DNA of 40,775 nt from a virus (Duplodnaviria; Caudoviricetes). The translations under genes were made by a program, and so were the position numbers. The DNA lies in the IMG/VR virus record IMGVR_UViG_3300012031_000027, positions 1 to 40,775 of that record; one strand, written 5' to 3'. Below the pieces are notes generated by a model, which worked only from the letters and a program-made list of their open reading frames with translations, made no database searches and was not told the DNA's origin. Of the stretch, positions 16,486 through 25,939 are shown one piece after another. The stretch's first letter is position 1. Every line of letters begins with the position of its first letter.

Positions 16486-18876
16486 TTAAAGAATAGTCAG
16501 ATCCATTACAACCGGAAGATGGTCACTGGCTACATATCCGGCATTTGACAATAAAGGATTACCGTATTTCTGTAGCCCGGAATTTGGCAGCAAAGCATCC
16601 GCTTGGCTGTTTAGAATTTCAGCGCCTCTGAAGACTAAGTTGTCGGTGTATGAGATGTAATCTAGACGATGCTCAAAGTTCCCTGATACTGGGTTTGGAG
16701 ACTCAGGAGGCCCCCACCAAGTAAAAATAGAGCCATCCACGGCGGGGCTTGTATCAAGGTTAATTCCCCCGTTATAAAACTCAAATTGCTTTGTAGGGAA
16801 CTGTGCATTTGCTAAAGGATAGGATAGCCCCCCCGGCAAAACTTCACTCCCCAGCGGTGTGTCATACGATGTTACGTTTAGCTCGTTGTCAATTGCATTG
16901 TAGTCCCCCTGAATTATGAAGCCAGCCAAGTCAGGATTCTCTAGCTTCCTGCCATTCAAAGCATCCATTATTTGATACATCTGGATACACCGTCTTTGAG
17001 CCGCAGGCTCTTGGGGTACTACGTTCTCAAAGTCTGGGTCGTGACATAGACCAGTGCATCCACTGTCAAGGTGAACAGAAGCTATTCCAATTTGATTTCC
17101 ATTAATTAAAACCTCTGTGTATAGAGGGGTTCTTCCATACAGTACGTTACTTAGAGTTGTTGCGTACACTATCTCATATTTGGAAGCAAAAAATAAACCA
17201 AACGTGCCGCCATCACCATAGAAATACCTAAATCCTAACGTTTGTAAGTCGGGTTTTAATACCTCAATATCACCTGCTTCTTGTATGCTTATTAAATCAG
17301 GTGAAACTCTGGCAATATGTGTGAAAACAGCAGCTCTGCCAGTGTCGCTTCTACCTCCCTGATATATGTTGTAGCACATTGTTCTAAAATCACTTGGATG
17401 CCTGTTTATCACATACTCTTGGAATCTTTGAAACGCCAGAGTCAAACTTTCAAGACTTTTGTCAACTGTTTCAAGTAAGGGTTCAATGCCTTTTCTATAT
17501 AGTACGTTCTCACCATTAACAAGTAAAATCAATGGAGAGGTTGGGAATTGTGATCCAGCTGAGTTGTCATAAGCTGAGCAAGCAACTATTAAATTTACCC
17601 CGGTAGGTATTGTTATTTCTACAGCTGTTGATAAGACTCTTGCGCCATTAGGTGTGTATATATCTTGCACCCATTGATTTTCTAAGTCATAACCTATCAC
17701 AGGATTGCTTGTAGAAGCTACACCTGTATATGTGAGCACATCGCCTGCGGTTACAGGAATTAAGCCTGATCTTTCGTAATCGGGATTTTGTGAAATAGCG
17801 CCATTCTGCCCTGTGGCTTCACCTTGAAAAACATTACCTTCTAATTTGTTTTGAATCGTAATAATGGATTTTTTAGTAGGAATCAACGCAATATCCGTCG
17901 CAATATCCGTCGCAATATCCGTTATAACTCTAGTATAATCTGTTATTAAAGGCTTAAAATTACCTTTTAACTCGAAAGAGGGCGCAGTGATTTGAGAGCA
18001 GGCAATTATGTAAGCAACATCGGAAGGGATCGTAAGCTCTACGTTGATTGAAAAATTGTTACTAGGCGGCGTGTAGAGGTCTTCAATCCATTCAAACTGA
18101 TCGTTAAATCCTTGCACCCGAGTTCCAGGAGATGCCACGGCAATATAAGTGACTACATCCCCGGCAGTTACAGGAACAAAATCTGACCTATTGTAATTGG
18201 CTAATTGTTCAATAGCGCCATCAGCCACTGCGGCTTCACCTTGGATTACAGTTCCGGGCAGGATGAGCTCGATATTTGCAAAATTTTGTACTCTTTCTTC
18301 GACTGCACTACCACTTACCGCATCACTGGTATTATTTGGATCAATCGTATTGACGACCAAGCTGGCATCTTTTGTGTAAGACGTGCCGCTATCCCAAGAG
18401 TAGTAACCGTTGTTGCTAGAAGTTGGATCGTTTGTTACTTTGTAACTAGTGTTTTCTTCTTCTGGATTTGCGGGAGAGTAATTATCTAATAGAGCTTTAG
18501 TTGCAAACACTATGATGCCGCCAACTTGCCCCGCTATTAAACCATCTAATTGCTGTTGTAAATTATTTCCGCTAGAAGTGCCTATCAGGGCCGCACCCGT
18601 GCTTTGGGAAGCAGCAGCCGGGAAAGCATCTATTAAAGATTTTAAGGCAGAAAAATATTGAGACGATCCCACTCTGTCGGGATGACCGCTAGGCGTAACG
18701 CCCGCCGCAGTTAAAAAAGACTGTTGCATGCCGAATATGTCGTTAAGTATATCCGCTACAAGGGGGGTGCCCGTACCGTCCCCCGGCTCTGTTACGTTGC
18801 GAGCGCCGCCAAACGGGTAGTTAGAATCAGGCGTTGTGGATTTACCGGGGAAACTATTCGCTATATTTAAAGCCAT
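16486..18876 (-). CDS. Tailspike/tail fibre with C-terminal endonuclease-exonuclease-phosphatase (EEP) domain
   Basis: N-terminal anchor is paralogous to that of the adjacent fibre. GAALIGT and VTND...NNGYY tailspike-type segments. C-terminal YNI/QEA/VHL/GDYN/RLDY/SDHLPV. Start reassigned to 18876 (TAATG overlap). Confidence 0.85.
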   Translation of the reverse strand: MALNIANSFPGKSTTPDSNYPFGGARNVTEPGDGTGTPLVADILNDIFGMQQSFLTAAGVTPSGHPDRVGSSQYFSALKSLIDAFPAAASQSTGAALIGTSSGNNLQQQLDGLIAGQVGGIIVFATKALLDNYSPANPEEENTSYKVTNDPTSSNNGYYSWDSGTSYTKDASLVVNTIDPNNTSDAVSGSAVEERVQNFANIELILPGTVIQGEAAVADGAIEQLANYNRSDFVPVTAGDVVTYIAVASPGTRVQGFNDQFEWIEDLYTPPSNNFSINVELTIPSDVAYIIACSQITAPSFELKGNFKPLITDYTRVITDIATDIATDIALIPTKKSIITIQNKLEGNVFQGEATGQNGAISQNPDYERSGLIPVTAGDVLTYTGVASTSNPVIGYDLENQWVQDIYTPNGARVLSTAVEITIPTGVNLIVACSAYDNSAGSQFPTSPLILLVNGENVLYRKGIEPLLETVDKSLESLTLAFQRFQEYVINRHPSDFRTMCYNIYQGGRSDTGRAAVFTHIARVSPDLISIQEAGDIEVLKPDLQTLGFRYFYGDGGTFGLFFASKYEIVYATTLSNVLYGRTPLYTEVLINGNQIGIASVHLDSGCTGLCHDPDFENVVPQEPAAQRRCIQMYQIMDALNGRKLENPDLAGFIIQGDYNAIDNELNVTSYDTPLGSEVLPGGLSYPLANAQFPTKQFEFYNGGINLDTSPAVDGSIFTWWGPPESPNPVSGNFEHRLDYISYTDNLVFRGAEILNSQADALLPNSGLQKYGNPLLSNAGYVASDHLPVVMDLTIL
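17887..17922. repeat. 12-bp tandem repeat x3 encoding (TDIA)3
   Basis: CGCAATATCCGT x3. Confidence 0.9.
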
Positions 18877-19709
18877 TATGCTGTCCTTCTCCAAAAGTAT
18901 GCTACTTGATAGGGTGGTAAAATATCAGTCGTCTGTATCTCGCCCGATAGGCCGTGAGTGTGCGCTTCTCCGCCCCCCGTTAAGCCCGTGTTTTGAAAAG
19001 TATCCCCAGAAAAATAAGATGCTCCGCTGCCTACATTTTGGTTAGTGGTCTTTTTTTCGTACTGGTGACTGTGTTCAGGTATTTGTGCAATAGTCAGCGC
19101 GTGGCCATCAACTTCAAAGTTGTCCGTAAGGGTATGAGATTTAGAGCCACCATTTTCCCCGGGCGCGTCAAAGTCAAAGTCATCTTCATCTAAGCCAACT
19201 AAAAATCGTCCTTTAATTCGAAGCCACGTGCCTACGCCATAAAGGTCCGCTGGGCTGCTGGAATTATGCGAAAAGTAAAGAGAGCCGACAGGGTTAAGCA
19301 AATCAAACATACTGGATGCTTCGGTTAGCCATTTAGCGCGTGGGGAGCCTTCTGTAACTGGGTCCTGTATTGTGCTTGCTGGCCCGTTTGCTTGCTTGCA
19401 AACATATGTCACCCCATTGGAACCCACAACTTTAGTGCCGACCGAAAAATCTACTCGTGCATACCATCTTAAATTAAATACTGACGCTAAATACTGAGGA
19501 CTCAATACAGTGTCTGGGTTTCCGTTGGGTGTAATGCCTGCAGCGACTAGTAAAGATTGCATTAATCCGTAGAGATCATCAAACCCCGCTTTTTCAAGAG
19601 GTGTCCCGTCTAAATCACCCGGTGAAGTTTCGTTTTTAGCAGAGCCAAACGGATAACTTGTATCTGAAGGAGTACTATTTGAGTAAGTGTTGTTAATATT
19701 TAAAGCCAT
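18876..19709 (-). CDS. Tail fibre/baseplate protein with collar-like C-terminus
   Basis: PVGSLY...P...G.GTW..IKGRFLVG, GG...HTLT, IPEHSH and LPPY..YFWRRTA motifs. Confidence 0.8.
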   Translation of the reverse strand: MALNINNTYSNSTPSDTSYPFGSAKNETSPGDLDGTPLEKAGFDDLYGLMQSLLVAAGITPNGNPDTVLSPQYLASVFNLRWYARVDFSVGTKVVGSNGVTYVCKQANGPASTIQDPVTEGSPRAKWLTEASSMFDLLNPVGSLYFSHNSSSPADLYGVGTWLRIKGRFLVGLDEDDFDFDAPGENGGSKSHTLTDNFEVDGHALTIAQIPEHSHQYEKKTTNQNVGSGASYFSGDTFQNTGLTGGGEAHTHGLSGEIQTTDILPPYQVAYFWRRTA

Positions 19710-19711
19710 TT

Positions 19712-20491
19712 TTAATTATACTCCACAATGAGCCCAATCCATTGTTGCGCTGGGCATAATTTTAAGCACAACGCTTCGAATTCTTCACGCCTAGCAACGG
19801 GTATAGAAGCTCGGCGACCGTATATCTGTGCCCCTATATACATCACATAGGGCCATTGCTCTGGGTTAGTTGGTATTTGATAAACTATCTTAGCAGGTTT
19901 ATTTACTAACAGTCCACCTGATATCCCGTTGGCTGCACCGCATATCGCTAAACTACCGCCGCTTATAGCAACAGAACCTCCGCAGTTAAGGAAATACCCA
20001 TAGGGACTTCCATCGTCTTTGAGAAACTCCGACGGGTCCCTTGGCACGGGTGTAATAGGATCTAAAGTGCCTATGATTCCGCCGCATTCTGCTGAAGGCT
20101 CACCGCATTCTGCTGAAGGCTCACCGCATTCTGTACTGTACACATAAATAGCTCGCCACCATTCGTGGACGTATACATTAAACCCCGCGTCTCTTAAGGA
20201 GATTTGTATATAGGATGGGGACTGACCTCCTAGTGCTTTCCAAGCGCCATCTAATCGGTCGCGCCGTTCTTGCGTAGTTAACGTGGTGCTAGGCAACCCC
20301 CACTGATTTTCCCAAGAATCTAATTCGCGAGTGGTTTGTGGATATATATCCAGCCAAACCAGATCTAAATGCTGCTTTATTTGAGAAATCAGGCCGGTTA
20401 ATCCTTCAAAAAACCGTCTTAATTTTTTATCAACTGTTAATCGCCACGCTCTGGCAGTTGGTAATAAATGCTGAAACATTCTTAAAGACAT
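19712..20491 (-). CDS. Baseplate wedge protein (Mu gp48/YmfQ-like)
   Basis: F.HLLP...AW, P.TT..L..WE...GLP, GGQSP.Y and LCLKLCPA; follows baseplate J. Confidence 0.75.
   Translation of the reverse strand: MSLRMFQHLLPTARAWRLTVDKKLRRFFEGLTGLISQIKQHLDLVWLDIYPQTTRELDSWENQWGLPSTTLTTQERRDRLDGAWKALGGQSPSYIQISLRDAGFNVYVHEWWRAIYVYSTECGEPSAECGEPSAECGGIIGTLDPITPVPRDPSEFLKDDGSPYGYFLNCGGSVAISGGSLAICGAANGISGGLLVNKPAKIVYQIPTNPEQWPYVMYIGAQIYGRRASIPVARREEFEALCLKLCPAQQWIGLIVEYN
20082..20133. repeat. 21-bp tandem repeat (about 2.5 copies) encoding ECGEPSA
   Basis: CCGCATTCTGCTGAAGGCTCA x2 plus a partial copy. Confidence 0.9.
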
Positions 20492-21684
20492 TATATAAAC
20501 CCTATGCTGGCCGCTTTCGCTTTTTCCCCGATACCTAATTCATAGATTGTAACTATCGTTCCGCTTTCCTCGACGGTAACGGTATCAAACACACCACCCG
20601 AGGCGCTCACAATGTTGTCAACTATGCTTATTACCGCACCCTGAGTTATTCGGTCTCGCCTAGGAGGTATGCCCAAGCCAATGATGTAAGGCTCTCTGGC
20701 TAAAAAATATTGTGTTACTGCTAATATTACCGCCGCTTCAACCGCCGCTAAGTCATCAACGACTATACCATCAACTACAACGTCGAAACCTGTGCGGGTT
20801 ATTGCGTAACTGTTAACAAACGCGTTTACAGGGCGTCTAGTTGCCTTGTCGTTTTGATCTAACTCCACAGAATTAAGAACGGCTGTTAATTGCGCCGCTG
20901 TGGGTACGCCGTCGGCTGACCCAGAACTAGCGACCGTCGCTTCTGAATATAAATCTACCTCTCCGGGGTCTCCGGTATATGGGTAAACGTTTATTATCCC
21001 GACGACTTCCTCGCCCCAACCTTCATAATCCGCATAAGCGCCACCTTGTGGGCGTTTTTGAAACTTATCAACAATACGTTGGCGGTATGCCTCCGTAGAC
21101 TCGGCGTTCGCGCCTGTAACGGTCTGTGCGTCGACTTCGGCGTTCCGGCTAACATTCGCTAAAGGGTTGGCGAAACTTACAATGTCGCCCACCTGTAGGT
21201 TCCCTATCGCACCTGAACCGCCCCCGCCTTGCTGGTCGGCCGACGCTCTTATTGTTGCCTGCACCGTGGACGCGTTTAAATTAACAGCGCCGATTGTAAT
21301 GTAAGTTACACCGTTGTCGCTATTAATTAGCTGCGTGCCCGAGGGTAGTGTTCCAGTTTGATTTTGTACAAACACATCAATTAATAATTCGGCTTTCGTC
21401 GCGGCCACTGGGTCGCCTATTCCTATTAATCGGCCCCACTGTAATAAAGGCGACAACAATACCCCGTTTACATTTGTTTCTTTTGAGCTTGCGGTTTGCA
21501 CAAAAATCTGTAAAAACATAAAGCCCGCGTATTTGTAAAGTAGTATAAAAACGCCCGCGAGTGCTTTGGCTAGTACTCTTAGAAATGCTTTAGGCAATAG
21601 CGGTATTGATTGGTTGAGCGACGCTTCGAGCTGCGCAATTATGTTGTCGCTAATTTCTTTCGTAGTTGGTGTCTGTAAACTCAT
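20491..21684 (-). CDS. Baseplate J-like wedge protein (Mu gp47-like)
   Basis: G..GN, GANAESTEAYRQRI and PQGGAYADY..W; start reassigned to 21684. Confidence 0.88.
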   Translation of the reverse strand: MSLQTPTTKEISDNIIAQLEASLNQSIPLLPKAFLRVLAKALAGVFILLYKYAGFMFLQIFVQTASSKETNVNGVLLSPLLQWGRLIGIGDPVAATKAELLIDVFVQNQTGTLPSGTQLINSDNGVTYITIGAVNLNASTVQATIRASADQQGGGGSGAIGNLQVGDIVSFANPLANVSRNAEVDAQTVTGANAESTEAYRQRIVDKFQKRPQGGAYADYEGWGEEVVGIINVYPYTGDPGEVDLYSEATVASSGSADGVPTAAQLTAVLNSVELDQNDKATRRPVNAFVNSYAITRTGFDVVVDGIVVDDLAAVEAAVILAVTQYFLAREPYIIGLGIPPRRDRITQGAVISIVDNIVSASGGVFDTVTVEESGTIVTIYELGIGEKAKAASIGFI

Positions 21685-22127
21685 GCGCCCGCCTTCCAAT
21701 TTTCGACATATTCAAAACGAGACTCTTCGCCAAGCGCTTCGATATCAATTGTTAATTTAATTTTATTTACGCCGGGGATGCTAGCGACCACATTTATATA
21801 CGATGCTACTTTGTCGCTTAGGATCCAAGCTAGATCACGAATTGCCGCGTCTTGTAGCCGCCTAAGATTGCCGGTTGTGGCGGGCAGGCCTTGTAATAAA
21901 TTTTGTGTTTCGCTGCGGTATTCTCGGGCTGCGTTTTCTTCGCCAAGGTTACCCCACCAATTAGCCGAATTATCGGGGCGCCCGTCGTCGTCTTCATTGC
22001 CGCCAAAAAGCGATAGGTAAACAGCCGTATTTAAGCCCCCGCCCATCGTAACAATCCCACCATCGACTATAATGTCGCCGCCGTCGGGTGTTTGGAATAA
22101 ATTAACGTCGCCTTGTTGTGTGACCAT
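21681..22127 (-). CDS. Baseplate protein (Mu gp46-like)
   Basis: L.TAVYLSLFGG, WWG and DLAW motifs. Confidence 0.8.
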   Translation of the reverse strand: MVTQQGDVNLFQTPDGGDIIVDGGIVTMGGGLNTAVYLSLFGGNEDDDGRPDNSANWWGNLGEENAAREYRSETQNLLQGLPATTGNLRRLQDAAIRDLAWILSDKVASYINVVASIPGVNKIKLTIDIEALGEESRFEYVENWKAGA

Positions 22128-22747
22128 TATGTTCCCGGTGTCGGTGGTGTGCCAAATGATGGCGTTGTGTGTGTGCTTAATGTTACGTCTTGATTGTCGG
22201 CGGTTACATCATCGGCGTTTAACTTACCAGCGGTTACTATATTGCCGCTCGTGTCTATAGTAACACCGTTTATTATAAAATCACCATTAACCGCTAGTTC
22301 AAAAGAACCCGAACCGTTAGCACCTTTTATACTGCCGTCTGCTTTAGCGTCAAAAGTGCATTCTGGAGTTGTGGTCAATGTCCCGCCGTCGGGTCGCAGT
22401 GTAACCGAGCCGTTAGCATTAACAGCGGTCGCCTCACCTGTGTTTTTAAGCCACACTTCGACAATTAAAACGCCATTCTCGTCGCGGGCGTATATTCTTT
22501 TATCGCCCGATAATGCTTTAGGTTCGTTTTTTGGGTCTAAATATCCTAAGGCGGATTCTCGGCCGGTACCGCTGTCGCCGTTCAAAGCCACAAAGTCGCC
22601 GGGTATCGGGTGCGAGTCGTCGCCAGGCGAAGAAAAATGCTCGGCTGTTACGTTAGCCCCACCGCCGGTATTAACTTTAGCGTCAGAAACCTTAGCACCG
22701 TTTTTAGTGGTTCTTAAAAATGAGAGTAGTACCGCTAATCGTCCCAT
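22127..22747 (-). CDS. Baseplate spike protein (Mu gp45/gpV-like)
   Basis: PG.DS.P..GD OB-fold segment, beta-helix repeats, C-terminal H...T.PP. Confidence 0.75.
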   Translation of the reverse strand: MGRLAVLLSFLRTTKNGAKVSDAKVNTGGGANVTAEHFSSPGDDSHPIPGDFVALNGDSGTGRESALGYLDPKNEPKALSGDKRIYARDENGVLIVEVWLKNTGEATAVNANGSVTLRPDGGTLTTTPECTFDAKADGSIKGANGSGSFELAVNGDFIINGVTIDTSGNIVTAGKLNADDVTADNQDVTLSTHTTPSFGTPPTPGT

Positions 22748-23970
22748 GGCAAAGACTCCGGTATTTTTCCGCTAAACGCTCCGGGCATAACTAAGTTTAA
22801 TGTCGCCGTTTGGGTCTTGCTGTCTTGCTCAAACTGTATTGAACGAATAATAAACTCGTACTCTTTATATATCATTGCGTCAGGCGCTATTAATTTAATC
22901 GCAGTATTCGGCTGCCATAAATCTCCGCTCGGGTCACGCCACGTAGCCAGTCGTATAGAGTATGAAACCATGTTAGCAAACATGCGCCCCGCTTTAGCTT
23001 CTACAGTTGCGAGTACGTCTGAGTCCTCAGTGTCGGGCGCTTTAAATGTTAGCGGCCTAATAACGCCGAGCAAGCGGGGGTTTTTAACAGTAAATTGAGA
23101 GCCTTCTAAACCCACAATGACGGGCTCAATGCCTGTTATATGACTGTAGTATTCTTGCGGGCTGAAAAACGGCGTGACGGATAGCAGAGGCGCAGAGCCT
23201 TGCGCAAAATTAGCGACAGAACCTCCTCCTTGTGAAGATTGCAAAAACACTAAAGCGCCTAACGGTGAGCTAGATATTATTAAATTTCTTTGTTTTGCAA
23301 GCTCTGTTAAAAAGGTAAGTACTCGTTGCCCAGGCTCACAAGCAACACGCTCAAAAATGGGTCCTTGGTCGGCTTTAAACTCCACGCTTATGCCAAAAGG
23401 CGCGGCCAGCGATGTGGCTATTTCTTGTAGTCCAAGCTCGTTAAATTCAAGCGGGAACGCACTAGCAGGGGGAGTGCAATCATTTAGGACGCCCGGCAAT
23501 GAATACCCGCTTACTGATACTATCTTTTGCCCGTTTTCTACTACGGGGCTGACTGCAACCATTGTTCCCGTAAATAAAGCGGAACCCCCTACCGTGATAA
23601 CCACCGGCTTAAATGAAAACGGTCTAAAAGACTCACGGAAACCCGGCGCTTGTGAGTCAAACGGCGCGCCAAATTCTACTGTGTCCATCGTGTCTATTGA
23701 ACGAGTGATCCTAATTTCATTCCAAAATCTAAAACGGCTACCTTGAATTAAAACCGCAACCTCGTCGGGTGTAACGCTGCTAGCTGATTGGCGTAAATTT
23801 TGTGGGGCGTCAGGTAAGATTGGAATAATTAATGTTACGCCGGCTACAAGCGGCTGCGCTGCACCCGGGTTAGCGTTGGCTATGCGCTGCGCTTCGTTTT
23901 GCGTTCCGTACTTTTTGCGGGAAATACTTTCAAACGTATCGCCGGTTATCACGTTATATGTAGTAGACAA
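22735..23970 (-). CDS. Baseplate hub (Mu gp44/P-like) with N-terminal LysM domain
   Basis: YNVITGDTFESISRKKYG...IANANP...G..L.IP LysM; W...I.RSID and WR...G.LW.PN motifs; TTG start. Confidence 0.82.
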   Translation of the reverse strand: MSTTYNVITGDTFESISRKKYGTQNEAQRIANANPGAAQPLVAGVTLIIPILPDAPQNLRQSASSVTPDEVAVLIQGSRFRFWNEIRITRSIDTMDTVEFGAPFDSQAPGFRESFRPFSFKPVVITVGGSALFTGTMVAVSPVVENGQKIVSVSGYSLPGVLNDCTPPASAFPLEFNELGLQEIATSLAAPFGISVEFKADQGPIFERVACEPGQRVLTFLTELAKQRNLIISSSPLGALVFLQSSQGGGSVANFAQGSAPLLSVTPFFSPQEYYSHITGIEPVIVGLEGSQFTVKNPRLLGVIRPLTFKAPDTEDSDVLATVEAKAGRMFANMVSYSIRLATWRDPSGDLWQPNTAIKLIAPDAMIYKEYEFIIRSIQFEQDSKTQTATLNLVMPGAFSGKIPESLPWDD

Positions 23971-25198
23971 CTTCGCGCCCCCTAGGTAATTCTAGTATTT
24001 CGGATCCCGTTAAATTATTTGAATTTATAAAAAAGTCTAGCTGTTCGTCAACGCTGCCGTAAAATTCTGCGACCAAATTTATAATCGTGCGATTGCGATC
24101 TAAAACAACGCGGCGCTCTTGTCGCAAGGTGAATGATATTTCTACTAGAAAACCTGCAGTAAGTGCGACAGCTCCCTGCAGCTGCTGATATGCTTCGCCG
24201 GTGTCTATTTCTGAAAGAGATTTAAAATTAGCGTCGCGCCAATTGTTCAAGTCGTCTAGCTGACTTAGTATAAATTCGGCGGCTGTTAGCGCTTCGAGCT
24301 TAGTTGTAAATTGCGTGTTAACAACCGAGACAACCGAGCCGGTTACATATGTCGAGGCATAGAGGTCATTAACATGAAATAGATTAGAACTACTGGCGTC
24401 AAAACTCGGCGTAACCACAGAGTTATCGCCCGTTATAATTTCGCTGGCTAAATTTTCATAAGCATCTAATCTATTCGTAATGTTAGTTAGCGCTCGCGCG
24501 GGAGACTGCAATAGTATAACTGTTTGGAACGCCAGCGTAAGCGGGTCTTGAATGAGTAAGTCAATGCCTTGGTTTATAGAATCGCGCACCGCGTTAAATT
24601 GCGTCCTTACATTGTCCTGAGCGTTAGCGATAGACCCCAAACCGTCGCTAGCAGAATCGAGCAGAGCTTGGTAGTCGCTTTTAAATGTCACGGCGTCCAC
24701 CGCGTTATCTAAAGTTGTGGCGTCCTCAAATTCTTGCGCAGCGGATTCGTTGTAGTCTTGGACTGCGGCTAGTACTGAGCTAGCCGGGTCGGTTTGCGAC
24801 GAAGGATAAATTAATCCTATTGTTTCAAAAAACACTGTTTCAAATACCGCTTGATTTGCGCCCGTTTTTAAATCATCGCGCCGAGTAATGGTGCCAAACG
24901 GAACCACATCTATCATTCCGTAAATAGGGTGCTCAAGTCTGCCCGTGCCACGCTCTAATAACGCGGCTTCAAACGCTTCGGCTCTGAGGTCGTAATCACC
25001 ACCCCAAAAAAATACACGTAGCGGATATTGACGCCCGGTGTTTCCTAAGTCCTGAACATAACTTCCGTTCGCGTCCGGGAACTCAAAACTGGTGGTTTTC
25101 TTATCGACTGTTTTACTGACATTCTCATAGTCAAAAGTCAACCTAACGCCAGAGGGGGAATTATAGGCCGCTTGTCTAATGCGGTCAGTCCAAGCCAT
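23954..25198 (-). CDS. DNA circulation/tail-initiator protein (Mu gp43-like)
   Basis: W...IRQA, EFP...YVQDLG and G.LEHP.YG motifs; start reassigned to 25198. Confidence 0.85.
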   Translation of the reverse strand: MAWTDRIRQAAYNSPSGVRLTFDYENVSKTVDKKTTSFEFPDANGSYVQDLGNTGRQYPLRVFFWGGDYDLRAEAFEAALLERGTGRLEHPIYGMIDVVPFGTITRRDDLKTGANQAVFETVFFETIGLIYPSSQTDPASSVLAAVQDYNESAAQEFEDATTLDNAVDAVTFKSDYQALLDSASDGLGSIANAQDNVRTQFNAVRDSINQGIDLLIQDPLTLAFQTVILLQSPARALTNITNRLDAYENLASEIITGDNSVVTPSFDASSSNLFHVNDLYASTYVTGSVVSVVNTQFTTKLEALTAAEFILSQLDDLNNWRDANFKSLSEIDTGEAYQQLQGAVALTAGFLVEISFTLRQERRVVLDRNRTIINLVAEFYGSVDEQLDFFINSNNLTGSEILELPRGREVVYYI

Positions 25199-25548
25199 TA
25201 GCAAATTACCTTAAGTTTAATTTCGGTCGCGTAGCCCTCTCCGACTAGCACTTGTTTTTCGGGATCCTCGGCGGTGACATAGCTGATTTTTGGGTAGTAA
25301 AAAGGAGGCCCGCTTTTTAATTCAAGCTGACCGAATTTAACCGTAATAGTGTCGTTGAAAAAAGTGACGTTGTTGGTCGTGCTGTCTATGGTTACGCCCG
25401 AGCCGTTATTAATAAGAGGCCCGCACACTTCCACTGTGACAACGGTAGCGCCCAGGGCTGTTAAATCCACAATAGTGCCGTCGCTATCTACAACATTAAA
25501 TACCGTTTGATTGCCTGATTTTATCGCGGCGGTTAGTGAAATTAACAT
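25198..25548 (-). CDS. Hypothetical virion protein (beta-rich)
   Basis: 116 aa, within the tail operon and coupled to the next gene. Confidence 0.65.
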   Translation of the reverse strand: MLISLTAAIKSGNQTVFNVVDSDGTIVDLTALGATVVTVEVCGPLINNGSGVTIDSTTNNVTFFNDTITVKFGQLELKSGPPFYYPKISYVTAEDPEKQVLVGEGYATEIKLKVIC

Positions 25549-25554
25549 AGCCGT

Positions 25555-25935
25555 TTACGTCGCGGGTTGCGTTATTAACTCGCTGCAAATAACTGAATCT
25601 TCGCCAGCTACGTAACTTGTGCTCGACAAGACCAATTCTTGCGCCTCGGTGCCCGCTGTAACCTGCATCGTTTTAGTTGTTAACACTAAGCGCGCAAAAC
25701 TAGCGGTTCCGGTTGCTGCTATCGTTGCGTCCGCTATTGCCAAGGCTATGATCACACCTAACGACGCAGAATCCCAGCCTGCTAGTGTGTGAACCGCCAA
25801 TTCTGTGTTATTTGATAGAGCAGCATTACCGCTGGCGGGCGGCGTTCCGTCGTAAATTGTTAGCACCGCGGTTGAAAAATCCGTACCGATATTGTCGGCC
25901 TGCGAATCGACTGAGCTTGTGTTTAACGATGGCAT
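25555..25935 (-). CDS. Hypothetical virion protein
   Basis: LTIYDGTPPA...L and A.ATGTASFARL motif typical of phage appendage proteins. Confidence 0.7.
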   Translation of the reverse strand: MPSLNTSSVDSQADNIGTDFSTAVLTIYDGTPPASGNAALSNNTELAVHTLAGWDSASLGVIIALAIADATIAATGTASFARLVLTTKTMQVTAGTEAQELVLSSTSYVAGEDSVICSELITQPAT

Positions 25936-25939
25936 TGCT

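Noticed and set aside
16486-19709. Diversity-generating retroelement or invertible fibre cassette
   Set aside because: No reverse transcriptase or invertase; the duplicated segments are diverged paralogues, not adenine-specific TR/VR pairs.
23841-23855. 15-nt match (CGGCTACAAGCGGCT) to the tandem array inside the hub gene
   Set aside because: Single copy within coding sequence (QPLVAG); it cannot be distinguished from chance.
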